64,000 nt of DNA, taken from a virus. Lineage: Duplodnaviria > Caudoviricetes. Location: positions 868 through 64,867 of IMG/VR virus record IMGVR_UViG_3300008107_000089. One strand, written 5' to 3'. The notes under the pieces were generated by a model. The model saw only the letters and a list, made by a program, of their open reading frames with translations, did no database searches and was not told the origin of the DNA. The position numbers were made by a program, and so were the translations under genes. Below are positions 20,640 through 31,063 of this stretch, piece by piece. Within the stretch, counting starts at the first letter, position 1, and the number at the start of each line of letters is the position of its first letter.

Positions 20640-20933
20640 ATGAAAATAAAAGCGTTACATAATCACGTTGTGATTAAACAAGATGAGAATCAAGAAGAAA
20701 GTTATGGCCGCATCGTTGTTGCCGATTTAGGTAAAGAAAAACCACTTCAAGGTACAGTTGTAGAAGTAGGACCTGGTGTTCGTTCTATTACTGGAGAATA
20801 CTTTATTAAAACTGAAGTAAAGGTGGGTGAAACAGTAGTATTCCCTTCATTTGGAGGTACTAAAATTACTGTTGACGGTGAGGAATATATCATTATGAAG
20901 GAGTCAGATTTATTAATTGTACTAGAAAAATAA
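20640..20933 (+). CDS. groES: Co-chaperonin GroES
   Basis: IKALHNHVVI, GTVVEVGPG, VKVGETV, YIIMKESDLL. Confidence 0.93.
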   Translation: MKIKALHNHVVIKQDENQEESYGRIVVADLGKEKPLQGTVVEVGPGVRSITGEYFIKTEVKVGETVVFPSFGGTKITVDGEEYIIMKESDLLIVLEK

Positions 20934-20936
20934 AAC

Positions 20937-22562
20937 ATGAGTAAAATAATCAGTTTCGATCGCGAAGCAAAAGAAAAGCTACAGAAAGGTATAGACAAAG
21001 TATACAAGGCAGTAGCAGTTACAATGGGTCCCTTTGGACGTAACGTATTAATTGAAAAAGAATACGGACAGGTAGGATCAACAAAAGACGGTGTTACAGT
21101 AGCAAAAACAATTTCATTGGAAGATCCAATCGAAAATATGGCTGCAACTGTAATTAAGCAGGCAGCATCTAAAACAGTTGATGCAGCTGGTGATGGTACT
21201 ACAACATCAACAGTACTAGCACATTCTATTGCTACAAGAGCATTAGATGCAACGTCTTATGCTTCGACTAATGCCACTCAGATTAAGAAAGGTATTGAAG
21301 AAGCAACTAAAAAAGTAGTTGATGCCCTAAAAGAAATATCTAAGGATATTACAGATGAAAACCAAATTAAACAAATTGCTACATTATCAGCAAATGGTGA
21401 TGAAGAAATTGGTAATATCGTTGCAACAGCAATTGATAAAGTAGGTAGAGATGGAGTTGTAACTGTAGAGAAATCACGTACAGGAGAAACAACACTAGAA
21501 GTTGTAGAAGGTTTACAATTTGATCGTGGTTATAAATCACCTTACTTTGTAACTGACAACAATGCAATGCAAGTTACTTTAAATGATCCATATATTTTAG
21601 TTTATGATAAACGTATTAGTGCAGTTAAGGATTTACTTCCACTACTTGAACGTGTTTCTACTGAGAACAAATCTTTACTTATTATAGCAGAAGATATTGA
21701 CGGTGAAGCACTAGCAACATTAGTAATGAACAAAGCACGTGGTGTATTGCAAGTTGCTGCTGTTAAGGCTCCTGAATTTGGTGATCGTAGAACAGCAATG
21801 TTAGAAGATATTGCTACACTAACTGGTGGTGAAGTAATCAGTAACGATAAAGGTATGACATTAGCTAAACTTGACATTAATTGGTTAGGTAAGGCTAGAG
21901 TAGTCACTATCAGTAAAGATACAACAACCATTGTTGATGGTAAAGGCGACGCTGATAAAATTGAAGCTCGTATCTTGAGTGTTAAAGCACAAATGGATTC
22001 TCCAAATACATCACCTTACGAAATTGAAAAATTACAAGAGCGTTTAGGTAAAATGGTTGGAGGTGTAGCTATTATCAATGTAGGTGGTGCTAACGAAATT
22101 GAAATGGAAGAAAAGAAGGATCGTATTGATGATGCTTTACAAGCAACTAAAGCCGCTCTTGAAGAAGGTATTCTACCAGGTGCTGGTATTGCTTTACTAC
22201 AAGCAAGAAGAGTAATTGCAGATGATATTTTAGGTGATAGTGATAAAGCAAAAGGTGCTAGTATCATTTTCCAAGCATGTTCATCACCATTCAAACAAAT
22301 TTTAAAGAATGCTGGTGAAGACGCTACTGAGTGGTGGATGAAACTAAGCAATACATCAAATATGGTACCAAACATAAGCAACGGAACAATAACAGATGCT
22401 TATTCATCAGGTATCATCGATCCAACTAAAGTAGTAAGATCAGCGTTGCAAAACGCAGCTGCAGCAGCTATTACATTGCTGATGACTGAATGTGTTATCC
22501 ATGAAAAGCCTGAAGAAAAAAAGGACAATGACATGGGTGGTATGGCAGGATTCGGAATGTAA
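20937..22562 (+). CDS. groEL: Chaperonin GroEL
   Basis: TMGPFGRNV, TKDGVTVA, AGDGTTT, FDRGY, KAPEFGDRR, GGM tail. Confidence 0.97.
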   Translation: MSKIISFDREAKEKLQKGIDKVYKAVAVTMGPFGRNVLIEKEYGQVGSTKDGVTVAKTISLEDPIENMAATVIKQAASKTVDAAGDGTTTSTVLAHSIATRALDATSYASTNATQIKKGIEEATKKVVDALKEISKDITDENQIKQIATLSANGDEEIGNIVATAIDKVGRDGVVTVEKSRTGETTLEVVEGLQFDRGYKSPYFVTDNNAMQVTLNDPYILVYDKRISAVKDLLPLLERVSTENKSLLIIAEDIDGEALATLVMNKARGVLQVAAVKAPEFGDRRTAMLEDIATLTGGEVISNDKGMTLAKLDINWLGKARVVTISKDTTTIVDGKGDADKIEARILSVKAQMDSPNTSPYEIEKLQERLGKMVGGVAIINVGGANEIEMEEKKDRIDDALQATKAALEEGILPGAGIALLQARRVIADDILGDSDKAKGASIIFQACSSPFKQILKNAGEDATEWWMKLSNTSNMVPNISNGTITDAYSSGIIDPTKVVRSALQNAAAAAITLLMTECVIHEKPEEKKDNDMGGMAGFGM

Positions 22563-22571
22563 CGTTACCCT

Positions 22572-22916
22572 ATGAGAAAATTATATTTGGATGATATCCG
22601 CATCCCACAAACAGAGGGATGGGATATCGTTCGCAATTACGATGAATTTGTGTTTTGGATTAAGCTAAACGGTGTACCTGATGAAGTATCATTTGACCAC
22701 GATTTGGCAGAAATAGATTATAATCCATCAACAGGTGCTCAGAAGTTTAAATACTATGAGAAAACAGGATATGATGCTGCTAAATGGCTAGGGCAACACT
22801 GTATTGAGAAAAATATCCCATTTCCAAAATGGAATGTACACTCTGCAAATCCAGTTGGTAAGGCAAATATAGAAGCGTATATTCAAAATGTTATTAAACA
22901 TCAAAATCAGTTATGA
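22572..22916 (+). CDS. Cyclic-phosphate-processing receiver-like domain protein
   Basis: LYLDDIR, SFDHDL, TGYDAAKWL, VHSANPVG. Confidence 0.65.
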   Translation: MRKLYLDDIRIPQTEGWDIVRNYDEFVFWIKLNGVPDEVSFDHDLAEIDYNPSTGAQKFKYYEKTGYDAAKWLGQHCIEKNIPFPKWNVHSANPVGKANIEAYIQNVIKHQNQL

Positions 22917-23833
22917 AACAACATTCACTTTGGATTGAGAAATACAGATCAGAAAATTTAGAACAATACATAGGCAACGATGCGGTTAAAGCCCGCATCG
23001 CTGACTGTATTGCTTCAAACGATATACCCCATTTCATCTTTGCTGGCACTGCAGGCACAGGTAAAACCACACTCGCGAAACTAATAGTAAAGAACATCCA
23101 ATGTGACTATCTTTATATTAATGCCAGTGATGAAAATGGGATTGATGTTATTAGAGAAAAAGTAAAAGGCTTTGCGTCAACAGCATCTTTCCAACCTATT
23201 AAGGTGGTAATACTAGATGAAGCTGATTTCTTAACCCAACCAGCTCAGGCTGCGCTTCGTAATCTAATCGAAGAATACTCAGCTTACACTCGTTTTATTC
23301 TTACTTGCAATTATCTAGAGCGTTTGATTGAACCACTACAATCACGTTGTGAGGTTCATATGTTAAAACCACCTACGAAAGGTGCTGTTGCAAAGCATAT
23401 TTGTACTAATATTCTTGATGTTGAAGGTATTACCTATGAAATGTCAGATATTGCTCAAATAGTTAATTTGTTCTACCCTGATGTTCGTTCTATTATTAAA
23501 ACGCTACAACAAAATTCCAAAGATAATAAACTAACAATTACTACAATTGATGACAATTGGTGTAAACAATTAGTTCAAATATTAAATAAACGCGAGAAAA
23601 ACGCTTGGTATCAAGTTAGACAATTAGTAGCTGATTCGCAAGTAGATGATTTTCAAACAGCTTATAGATACATGTTTGATAGCCTATCTGAATTTAGCTA
23701 CGGACATGATGCTGAGCTATCAGTTATATTAGATGATTTCATTTGGCGTGCAGGTGTAGTACCTGACAAAGAAATTAACTTTGCTGCTTGCATCGCTAAA
23801 ATATTACAAACAAATAAAAAACAAGTATTATAA
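22913..23833 (+). CDS. Clamp loader AAA+ subunit (RFC small / gp44-like)
   Basis: WIEKYR, GTAGTGKT, INASDENG, ILDEAD, QSRC. Confidence 0.92.
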   Translation: MKQHSLWIEKYRSENLEQYIGNDAVKARIADCIASNDIPHFIFAGTAGTGKTTLAKLIVKNIQCDYLYINASDENGIDVIREKVKGFASTASFQPIKVVILDEADFLTQPAQAALRNLIEEYSAYTRFILTCNYLERLIEPLQSRCEVHMLKPPTKGAVAKHICTNILDVEGITYEMSDIAQIVNLFYPDVRSIIKTLQQNSKDNKLTITTIDDNWCKQLVQILNKREKNAWYQVRQLVADSQVDDFQTAYRYMFDSLSEFSYGHDAELSVILDDFIWRAGVVPDKEINFAACIAKILQTNKKQVL

Positions 23834-23834
23834 T

Positions 23835-24119
23835 ATGTCACAACAAATGAATTTAAATATTAGTTTAGATAAAACTAAAGAAGTGGTTTGTGAAAAATGT
23901 GGTAACAATGTCTTTATTGAAGGTATGCTATTAAGAAAAGCATCTAGATTATTGACAGGCACATCACAAGACGCTTTAATTCCAATCACAGTGTTTGCTT
24001 GTAGCAAATGCGGAAACGTGAATGATGAATTTCTACCCTTCCAACTTAAACAACAATCAAGTGAGATTGAAGAGGTAGAAGTAAAAGAAGAAAATGAAGG
24101 TAAAATTATAAAATTTTAA
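23835..24119 (+). CDS. Zinc-ribbon protein
   Basis: CEKCG...CSKCG. Confidence 0.6.
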   Translation: MSQQMNLNISLDKTKEVVCEKCGNNVFIEGMLLRKASRLLTGTSQDALIPITVFACSKCGNVNDEFLPFQLKQQSSEIEEVEVKEENEGKIIKF

Positions 24120-24121
24120 TT

Positions 24122-24391
24122 ATGTTAATAGCAATAGCAATACTCGTAATAGCAATAACTAGTGCATTTACTGCTTATTACAGTTCCAAGAAAATGGATC
24201 AACTACAAGCTCAAATTGATAGTTTAAGTAGTGAACTACAAAATATGAATTCATGGGCTAAAAAATTCTCTAATGATAGTAAACATATAACAGAAAATTT
24301 AGATAAACAGATTAAGTCTCAATACAGCCATTTTACAAGCCGTATTGATAAGACTAGAAACGATGTACTACAAAATACAAGACAATATTAA
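24122..24391 (+). CDS. Membrane-anchored coiled-coil protein
   Basis: N-terminal hydrophobic helix followed by heptad repeats. Confidence 0.5.
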   Translation: MLIAIAILVIAITSAFTAYYSSKKMDQLQAQIDSLSSELQNMNSWAKKFSNDSKHITENLDKQIKSQYSHFTSRIDKTRNDVLQNTRQY

Positions 24392-24768
24392 TGCCAAATA
24401 TATTTGACCATATTAAGAACATCACTACTAATAAGGGACCATATCTAGGTGACGAGGGATGGAACAATTGGATGATCAATCGTTATCTAAGTATGGACCC
24501 TGATTACTGTGAGGTAGTCAATATAGTACAGAAGAATACTTGGCAAATGAAGGGAGAGTACCTATACAATCTATATAAGGACCTTATCCCACAGCAATAT
24601 AAGTTTTTAAAGTATATCAAAGCATCTAAGAAAAATACTTATGATGAAAGCGAAGTAGAAGCAGTAGCTACTTATTTCGAAGTGTCTAAAAAACAGGCTA
24701 AAGAATATATTAGCATGTTACCCAAAGATGAATTAAATAATATAACAGCACAGATAAATGGAAAATAA
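24391..24768 (+). CDS. Clamp loader A subunit (gp62-like)
   Basis: WMINRYLS...YFEVSKKQAKEY pattern; close to the gp44-like gene. Confidence 0.65.
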   Translation: MPNIFDHIKNITTNKGPYLGDEGWNNWMINRYLSMDPDYCEVVNIVQKNTWQMKGEYLYNLYKDLIPQQYKFLKYIKASKKNTYDESEVEAVATYFEVSKKQAKEYISMLPKDELNNITAQINGK

Positions 24769-24970
24769 TTTAGATTCAGTAGTTACATCTATTATAAATC
24801 AATTTGTAGAAAGATCAGCTAAAGGTAAAGCAAAATACGGTGTTGATCTAGATCGTACAGATCTAACATTACTAGAGTGGATTGAACATGCTAAACAAGA
24901 GCATATGGATGCAATCCTATACTTAGAAAAAATTAAACAAGAAATTAGTGGCCAAGAAAAAGTTATCTGA
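24758..24970 (+). CDS. Small helical phage protein
   Basis: GKAKYG...WIEHAKQEHMDAILY. Confidence 0.5.
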   Translation: MENNLDSVVTSIINQFVERSAKGKAKYGVDLDRTDLTLLEWIEHAKQEHMDAILYLEKIKQEISGQEKVI

Positions 24971-25889
24971 GGTTGAATTAAAGATAAAAAACTATCAACC
25001 ACCAGAGATTAATCATAGTTTCCAGCGCAGCGTCTCCTACTCCCAATTCTCAATGTGGAGTTCATGTCCACATAAGTGGTATTTAACTTATGTAGAGAAC
25101 AAACAACCGTACCAAGCTAGTATTCATACTGTGTTTGGTACGGCGTTTCATGAAACATTACAAGATTATATAACAGTAATGTATAATGAAAGCGGAGCAG
25201 CAGCTGATAGAATGGATTTAATCGCTTTATTTCAAGCTAAGTTTGCAGAAGTGTATTCTAAAGAATACAAAGCAGCTGGAGCACACTTCAGTTCACCTCA
25301 GGAAATGGGTGAATTTTATGAAGATGCTGTTGCTATATTAGATTGGATTAAGAAAAATAGAAATAGAATATTCACTATACGTAAAATGAAGTTACTTGGA
25401 ATAGAGTTACCATTATTGCTAAAAGTACAGAATAATTTATTCTACAAAGCATTCATTGATTTTGCTCTATATGATGAAGATTTAAAGAAAATTTACATAT
25501 ATGACATCAAAACATCTACCAGAGGATGGAACGATAATGACAAAAAAGATGATGCTAAAATCTCTCAAGTATTGCTATACAAGCAGTACTTTGCGCAGCA
25601 ATTTGATGTGGATGTGGAAGAAATCGAAGTCGAATTCTTTATCGTCAAGCGCAAAATCTGGGAACAATCAGAATACCCTATCCCAAGAGTACAATCATTC
25701 AAACCAGCTAGCGGAAAAAATAAACGCAAGCAAGCAATAGATAACTTTCAATCCTTTATCAACGACTGTTTTGATAATGTTGGTAAACCACAAATAAAGT
25801 CGTATATTAAAAATGTAGGTGAAAAATCATGTAAGTGGTGTCCCTACAACGATAAACCAGAACTTTGCGATAAAGCTACAGTTTCTTAA
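24948..25889 (+). CDS. PD-(D/E)XK nuclease (RecB/Cas4-like)
   Basis: SYSQF..CP, FGTAFHE, FID...IYDIKTS, QVLLY, C-terminal CKWCPY..C. Confidence 0.8.
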   Translation: MAKKKLSEVELKIKNYQPPEINHSFQRSVSYSQFSMWSSCPHKWYLTYVENKQPYQASIHTVFGTAFHETLQDYITVMYNESGAAADRMDLIALFQAKFAEVYSKEYKAAGAHFSSPQEMGEFYEDAVAILDWIKKNRNRIFTIRKMKLLGIELPLLLKVQNNLFYKAFIDFALYDEDLKKIYIYDIKTSTRGWNDNDKKDDAKISQVLLYKQYFAQQFDVDVEEIEVEFFIVKRKIWEQSEYPIPRVQSFKPASGKNKRKQAIDNFQSFINDCFDNVGKPQIKSYIKNVGEKSCKWCPYNDKPELCDKATVS

Positions 25890-25931
25890 AGATTTATATA
25901 TTTATATCCGAATATATAAAATTTAAAAACT

Positions 25932-26126
25932 ATGGCAGAAAAAATGCAATTAACAAGTGTAAAGGTGCCTGAATCGTTATTTGAAGAATTCAAAATCGCC
26001 TGTGTTAAATACAAGTTCAGTATTCAAAAATTAACTGAGCGTTCAATGTATCTATACTTAACTGATGAAGAGTTCCGTAAAACGGTGCACAACCAATTAA
26101 ATACACAACTAAAGAAAGAAGATTAA
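25932..26126 (+). CDS. Small ribbon-helix-helix-like DNA-binding protein
   Basis: LTSVKVPESLFEEFK beta-alpha-alpha pattern. Confidence 0.5.
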   Translation: MAEKMQLTSVKVPESLFEEFKIACVKYKFSIQKLTERSMYLYLTDEEFRKTVHNQLNTQLKKED

Positions 26127-26132
26127 TTTGTT

Positions 26133-27587
26133 ATGAAAGAAGGTTATATCCCACAATCAGACAGAAAGAAAATATTACTACTTTGCGATGACATCAGAAT
26201 GACGAGTGGTATCTCTACAATGGCAAGAGAAATTGTAGTAGGTACTGCTCATCATTTTAATTGGGTAAACTTAGGTGGAGCTATCACCCACCCAGAAGAA
26301 GGTAAAAAATTAGATATTTGTGCTAGTACTAATGAATATGCTGAAATAGAAGATTCTAGTGTATTCATCTATCCAGTTAAAGGATATGGTACTATCGAAT
26401 TTCTAAGACAAATCATTCAGTTAGAAAAACCAGACGCATTGATGATCTTTACAGATCCTAGATATTGGATTTGGTTATTCCAACATGAACAAGAGATTAG
26501 AAAACATTTACCTATTATTTATTTGAATATCTGGGACGATTTGCCTTACCCAATGTATAATAAACCGTATTACGAATCATGTGATGCTTTATTTGCAATT
26601 AGTAAACAAACAGAAAACATTAATAGAGTAGTATTAGGTGATGTTGCTGAGGAAAAAATTATTAAATATGTTCCTCATGGTATAAATGAAAAATTATTCT
26701 TCCCTATTACTGAAGATAAACCTGAGTATTTAGCTTTACAAGAGTTTAAAAAACAATTATTCGGTGATAAAGAATATGATTTTACTCTCCTATACAATGC
26801 TAGAAACATTAGACGTAAATCTACTCCTGATTTGATGTTAGCTTGGAAGATATTTAGAGATAGTCTACCAAAAGAAAAAGCAGACAAATGTGCTTTAATA
26901 ATGCATACTCAACTTAAAGATGAGCATGGTACTGATTTAGCAGCTGTTAAAGATATGATATTTGGAAGTGAAGGAGGTAATGTAATCTTCTCACAACACA
27001 AACACCCAGCTCAGATAATGAATTTACTCTACAATGCTACAGATGCAACAGCATTGATTAGTAGTAATGAAGGATGGGGATTATCATTGACTGAAGCAAT
27101 AATGTGTGGTAAACCAATCATCGCTACTGTAACAGGAGGAATGCAAGATCAAATGCGTTTTGAAGATGAAAACCACGAATGGATTAAATTCACTGAAGAA
27201 TTCGGATCAAATCATAGAGGCAAATATAAAGATCATGGTAGTTGGGCTTTCCCAGTATTCCCAGCTACACTATCACTTGTAGGGTCAATACCAACTCCTT
27301 ACATTTACGATGACAGAGCATCTGCTGATGATATAGCTAAACAAATAGCAAATGTTTATAAGTATAAAACAGAACGTCCTGATTTGTACAAAATGATCTG
27401 TGAACATGCTTATGAATGGGTTACATCAGATGAATCAATGATGTCAGCTAGATGGATGTCTAAAAATATTATTGATGGTATTGAGGAAACATTTGAAAAA
27501 TGGCAACCTAGATACGCATATGAATTAATTCCTATTGAAACACCAAAACAACCTAAACATTATAATCCTTATTTAATAGCAAAATAG
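26133..27587 (+). CDS. GT-B (GT4-like) glycosyltransferase
   Basis: VPHGI, RNIRRK, EGWGLSLTEA, GKPIIAT. Confidence 0.85.
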   Translation: MKEGYIPQSDRKKILLLCDDIRMTSGISTMAREIVVGTAHHFNWVNLGGAITHPEEGKKLDICASTNEYAEIEDSSVFIYPVKGYGTIEFLRQIIQLEKPDALMIFTDPRYWIWLFQHEQEIRKHLPIIYLNIWDDLPYPMYNKPYYESCDALFAISKQTENINRVVLGDVAEEKIIKYVPHGINEKLFFPITEDKPEYLALQEFKKQLFGDKEYDFTLLYNARNIRRKSTPDLMLAWKIFRDSLPKEKADKCALIMHTQLKDEHGTDLAAVKDMIFGSEGGNVIFSQHKHPAQIMNLLYNATDATALISSNEGWGLSLTEAIMCGKPIIATVTGGMQDQMRFEDENHEWIKFTEEFGSNHRGKYKDHGSWAFPVFPATLSLVGSIPTPYIYDDRASADDIAKQIANVYKYKTERPDLYKMICEHAYEWVTSDESMMSARWMSKNIIDGIEETFEKWQPRYAYELIPIETPKQPKHYNPYLIAK

Positions 27588-27589
27588 TT

Positions 27590-28882
27590 ATGAAACCAGT
27601 TATAGCAGTTAGTTGCCCTGTAGACACATTCAGCGGTTATGGAGCAAGATCAAGAGACATAGTTAAAGCTCTTATCAATTCAGGTAAATACGAAGTAAAG
27701 ATATTATCACAAAGATGGGGTGGTACTCCATTTGGGTTCTTACAAGTAGGTAATCCTGAACATAAGAAAATTATTGATTGTATTTTACCAAAGAATAATC
27801 AATTAGAATTTACTCCTGATATTTGGATCCAAATCACCGTACCTAATGAATTTCAAAAGGTAGGTAAATTTAATATTGGTATAACAGCAGGTATCGAAAC
27901 TGATTTATGTTCTACTACTTGGATTGAAGGATGTAATAAAATGGATTTAGTGTTGACTTCATGTAATCATGCTAAAAACGTATTCTTAAATTCAAAATAC
28001 GAACAACGTAAGAAAGATAATCCTGAAGAAGTAGTTGGTATTATCCAAACTACTGTTCCGATGGAAGTGCTATTTGAAGGTGTTGATACCAATATCTACA
28101 AGAAAGTAACAGATACAGACGAAAGTTTAGATTACGTATTACAAGGCATTCCAGAAGATTTTAACTTCTTAGTTGTAGGTCACTGGTTACAAGGTGATTT
28201 AGGTGAAGATAGAAAGAATATGGGAATGACTATTAAAACGTTCCTTGAAACATTCAAAAATAGAAAAGTAAAACCAGGCCTTATTTTAAAGGTAAATGGT
28301 GGTACTTATTCTACTATGGATAGAAACAACATGATTGATAAAATTGAAGATATTAAATCACAAGTTGAAGGTGAATTACCAAACATTTATTTACTTCATG
28401 GTGAATTAACTGATGAAGAAATGAATTACCTATATAACCATCCTAAAGTTAAGGCAATGTTAAGCCTTACTAAAGGTGAAGGTTATGGTCGTCCGTTAAT
28501 CGAATTTACTCAATCACAAAAACCAATTATCGTTAGTGGATGGAGTGGACATACTGATTTCTTAAATAAGGAATTTAGTGTATTCGTAGGTGGAGAATTA
28601 AAACCAATTCATCAAAGTGCAGTTATGGAAAACATGTTAATAGCTGAATCTAAATGGTTTACTCCTAATTATGGTGAAGCGTCTTTAGCATTGAAAACAG
28701 TTTACACTGACTACGATGAATACTTAGAAAAAGCAAAAAGACAATCTTACACTTGTCGTACTAATTTTAGTTTAGATAAAATGGAAGAAAAATTAGTTGA
28801 ATTACTAGAAGCTAATTATACTAAAGAAATTCCGTTACCTAAATTAAGTAAAACATCATTACCAACTTTAAATAAAATTTAA
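27590..28882 (+). CDS. GT-B (GT4-like) glycosyltransferase
   Basis: SGYG, DRKN, GEGYGRPLIE. Confidence 0.82.
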   Translation: MKPVIAVSCPVDTFSGYGARSRDIVKALINSGKYEVKILSQRWGGTPFGFLQVGNPEHKKIIDCILPKNNQLEFTPDIWIQITVPNEFQKVGKFNIGITAGIETDLCSTTWIEGCNKMDLVLTSCNHAKNVFLNSKYEQRKKDNPEEVVGIIQTTVPMEVLFEGVDTNIYKKVTDTDESLDYVLQGIPEDFNFLVVGHWLQGDLGEDRKNMGMTIKTFLETFKNRKVKPGLILKVNGGTYSTMDRNNMIDKIEDIKSQVEGELPNIYLLHGELTDEEMNYLYNHPKVKAMLSLTKGEGYGRPLIEFTQSQKPIIVSGWSGHTDFLNKEFSVFVGGELKPIHQSAVMENMLIAESKWFTPNYGEASLALKTVYTDYDEYLEKAKRQSYTCRTNFSLDKMEEKLVELLEANYTKEIPLPKLSKTSLPTLNKI

Positions 28883-28885
28883 ATA

Positions 28886-29317
28886 ATGGATAAACTAATT
28901 ACATGCCCAACATGCGGCTCAGATTTCTGTTATGAATTAAATGTAGAAACAAAAACATTATGGCACTGCTTTGGATGCGGATTTGCATCTAACTCAGATC
29001 AACATATCGAAACTATTGATTTAGAAAAAGTTGAAGCTGTAATACCTGAATTATATAGAGCAATTAAGAAATTAGATCCAAACGGATACTACTGGTATCC
29101 TTCAACTATCAACCATCCAACTAAAGGAATGGTATTCGTTGATTTAGTTGATAATGTTTGGCAGTGGGCTGGAGCTAAAGCAGTTCCTATTATTGAAGAA
29201 GAAAAATCTAAGTTTCCTGAAGGTGCTACTCATAGAGTTGATCTAAAAACAATCCAGCATTTCGGAAGCACATATATGGAAGCTTTGAATTATATTGAAT
29301 ACTTTAAACAAGACTAA
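28886..29317 (+). CDS. Zinc-finger hypothetical protein
   Basis: CPTCG...CFGCG. Confidence 0.55.
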   Translation: MDKLITCPTCGSDFCYELNVETKTLWHCFGCGFASNSDQHIETIDLEKVEAVIPELYRAIKKLDPNGYYWYPSTINHPTKGMVFVDLVDNVWQWAGAKAVPIIEEEKSKFPEGATHRVDLKTIQHFGSTYMEALNYIEYFKQD

Positions 29318-29952
29318 TGCACGCTACTGCCGAAGCTAACGCTAGAAGATTCTTTGAAACATATGTTAATAAAGTTTCAAATCCTACTATAGCTGAAATA
29401 GGTTCTCAAATAGGGGGAAATGGAGCTGAATTTAATATTCGCTCATTAGCTCCATCTGGTTCAAAATATATAGGAATAGATTTAGAAAAAATGCCTGGGG
29501 TAGATGTTGTATTAACAGATCCTTATAAATTTCCTATTGAAGACAATTCTGTAGATTTTATTGTAAGTTCATCATGTTTTGAACATATTGAATTTTTCTG
29601 GTTAACATTTTTAGAGGCAATAAGAATACTAAAACCATCAGGAGTATTCTATATTAATGCCCCTTCTATAGGAGCATTTCATAGATATCCTATGGATTAC
29701 TGGAGATTCTTTCCAGATAGTGCACACTCATTATCTAATTGGGGAATAAGAAATGGATATAATTGTGCTGTTTTAGAACAATATACTAGTGATAAAGAAA
29801 ATGATATCTGGAGTGATTATATATCAATTTATGTTAAAGATAAAAATTGCATGTATGGTTATCCTGATAGAATAATTAATACTTTTAGAAACTATACTAA
29901 TGGTTCTATACACCCCCATAATACAATATTAAATGAATTAAAATGGAGATAA
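29317..29952 (+). CDS. Class I SAM-dependent methyltransferase
   Basis: IAEIGS, YIGIDL, VDFIVSSSCFEH, RILKPSG, HRYPMDYWRF. Confidence 0.82.
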   Translation: MHATAEANARRFFETYVNKVSNPTIAEIGSQIGGNGAEFNIRSLAPSGSKYIGIDLEKMPGVDVVLTDPYKFPIEDNSVDFIVSSSCFEHIEFFWLTFLEAIRILKPSGVFYINAPSIGAFHRYPMDYWRFFPDSAHSLSNWGIRNGYNCAVLEQYTSDKENDIWSDYISIYVKDKNCMYGYPDRIINTFRNYTNGSIHPHNTILNELKWR

Positions 29953-30503
29953 AGAAAAAACAACCTAACTTCAGATACATGAGAACAGAATCCATTATGA
30001 TACAAGGATTATACGATCTCATTGAATATATAAATGAAATAACTCCAACCAAAAAAATGAAAATGGTTGAAATAGGATCTTATTTAGGTGAATCTACTCT
30101 AGTATTTGCGGATCATTTTAAAGAAGTTATCACAATAGATCCTTTTTTAGACAATTATGATCCTAATGATGAGACTTGCAAACATGTTTCTTTATCAGTA
30201 GTTCATGAACAATTCTTATTAAATATAGAAGACAAAAATAATATTAAACATATTCAGAAATTATCAGATGATGCTATTATTGAATTAAAGGATCAATCGT
30301 TTGATTTTATCTATATTGATGGTCTTCATACTTACGATCAGATAAAAAAAGATATTAAAAATTATCTTCCTCAAGTTAAAAAAGGAGGATTTATAGCAGG
30401 GCACGATTATCATCCAAATCACCAAGGTGTAGTTGATGGGGTAAATGAAATGCTAGAGATAGATCGAACATTTTCTGATACTAGTTGGATTAAAAGAGTA
30501 TAA
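29943..30503 (+). CDS. SAM-dependent methyltransferase (Methyltransf_24-like)
   Basis: VEIGSYLGES, FDFIYIDGLHTY, GGFIAGHDY. Confidence 0.85.
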   Translation: MEIKKKQPNFRYMRTESIMIQGLYDLIEYINEITPTKKMKMVEIGSYLGESTLVFADHFKEVITIDPFLDNYDPNDETCKHVSLSVVHEQFLLNIEDKNNIKHIQKLSDDAIIELKDQSFDFIYIDGLHTYDQIKKDIKNYLPQVKKGGFIAGHDYHPNHQGVVDGVNEMLEIDRTFSDTSWIKRV

Positions 30504-30505
30504 TT

Positions 30506-31063
30506 ATGTTTTTAAATATTATAACACCATGTTCTAGGCCTCAAAACCTAATGACAATTAGTAAAAGTATTAATATTCCTAAAGAGAATTATAGATGGAT
30601 AGTTGTATTAGATGCTCCTGATTTATCTACATTAAGTGAATATATTTTACCTGAAAATTGTGAGTTTCATAATTATCAAGAAGAAGGAAGTATAGCAGGT
30701 CATGCTCAAAGAAATTATGCTATTTCTCTTATTAAAGAGGGATATGTTTATTCAAATGATGATGATACTGTTATTCACCATGATTTGTGGGATAATATTA
30801 AAGATTTAAATGAAGATTTTATTTCATTTGATCAGGAAAATCAAAATGGAACTTTTAGATTAAAGGGAGATAATATTGCCCTTCATAGAGTAGATAGTCA
30901 TAATTTTATAGTTGATAGAGATACTATAGGTGATACAAGATTTCAAATTGAAAAGTATGATGCTGATGGGTATTTTGCTATTGAATGTTTTGATAAAGCA
31001 AAAACAAAGTCGTATATTCCTAAAATATTATCCACATATAACTCATTAAGATGGTATCTGTAA
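30506..31063 (+). CDS. GT-A (GT2-like) glycosyltransferase
   Basis: IITPCSR, WIVVLD, RNYAI, NDDD (DxD). Confidence 0.7.
   Translation: MFLNIITPCSRPQNLMTISKSINIPKENYRWIVVLDAPDLSTLSEYILPENCEFHNYQEEGSIAGHAQRNYAISLIKEGYVYSNDDDTVIHHDLWDNIKDLNEDFISFDQENQNGTFRLKGDNIALHRVDSHNFIVDRDTIGDTRFQIEKYDADGYFAIECFDKAKTKSYIPKILSTYNSLRWYL

Noticed and set aside
24948-25889. Cas4-like nuclease as part of a CRISPR-Cas system
   Set aside because: A stand-alone PD-(D/E)XK nuclease in a replication context, common in phages; no cas1/cas2 or array nearby.
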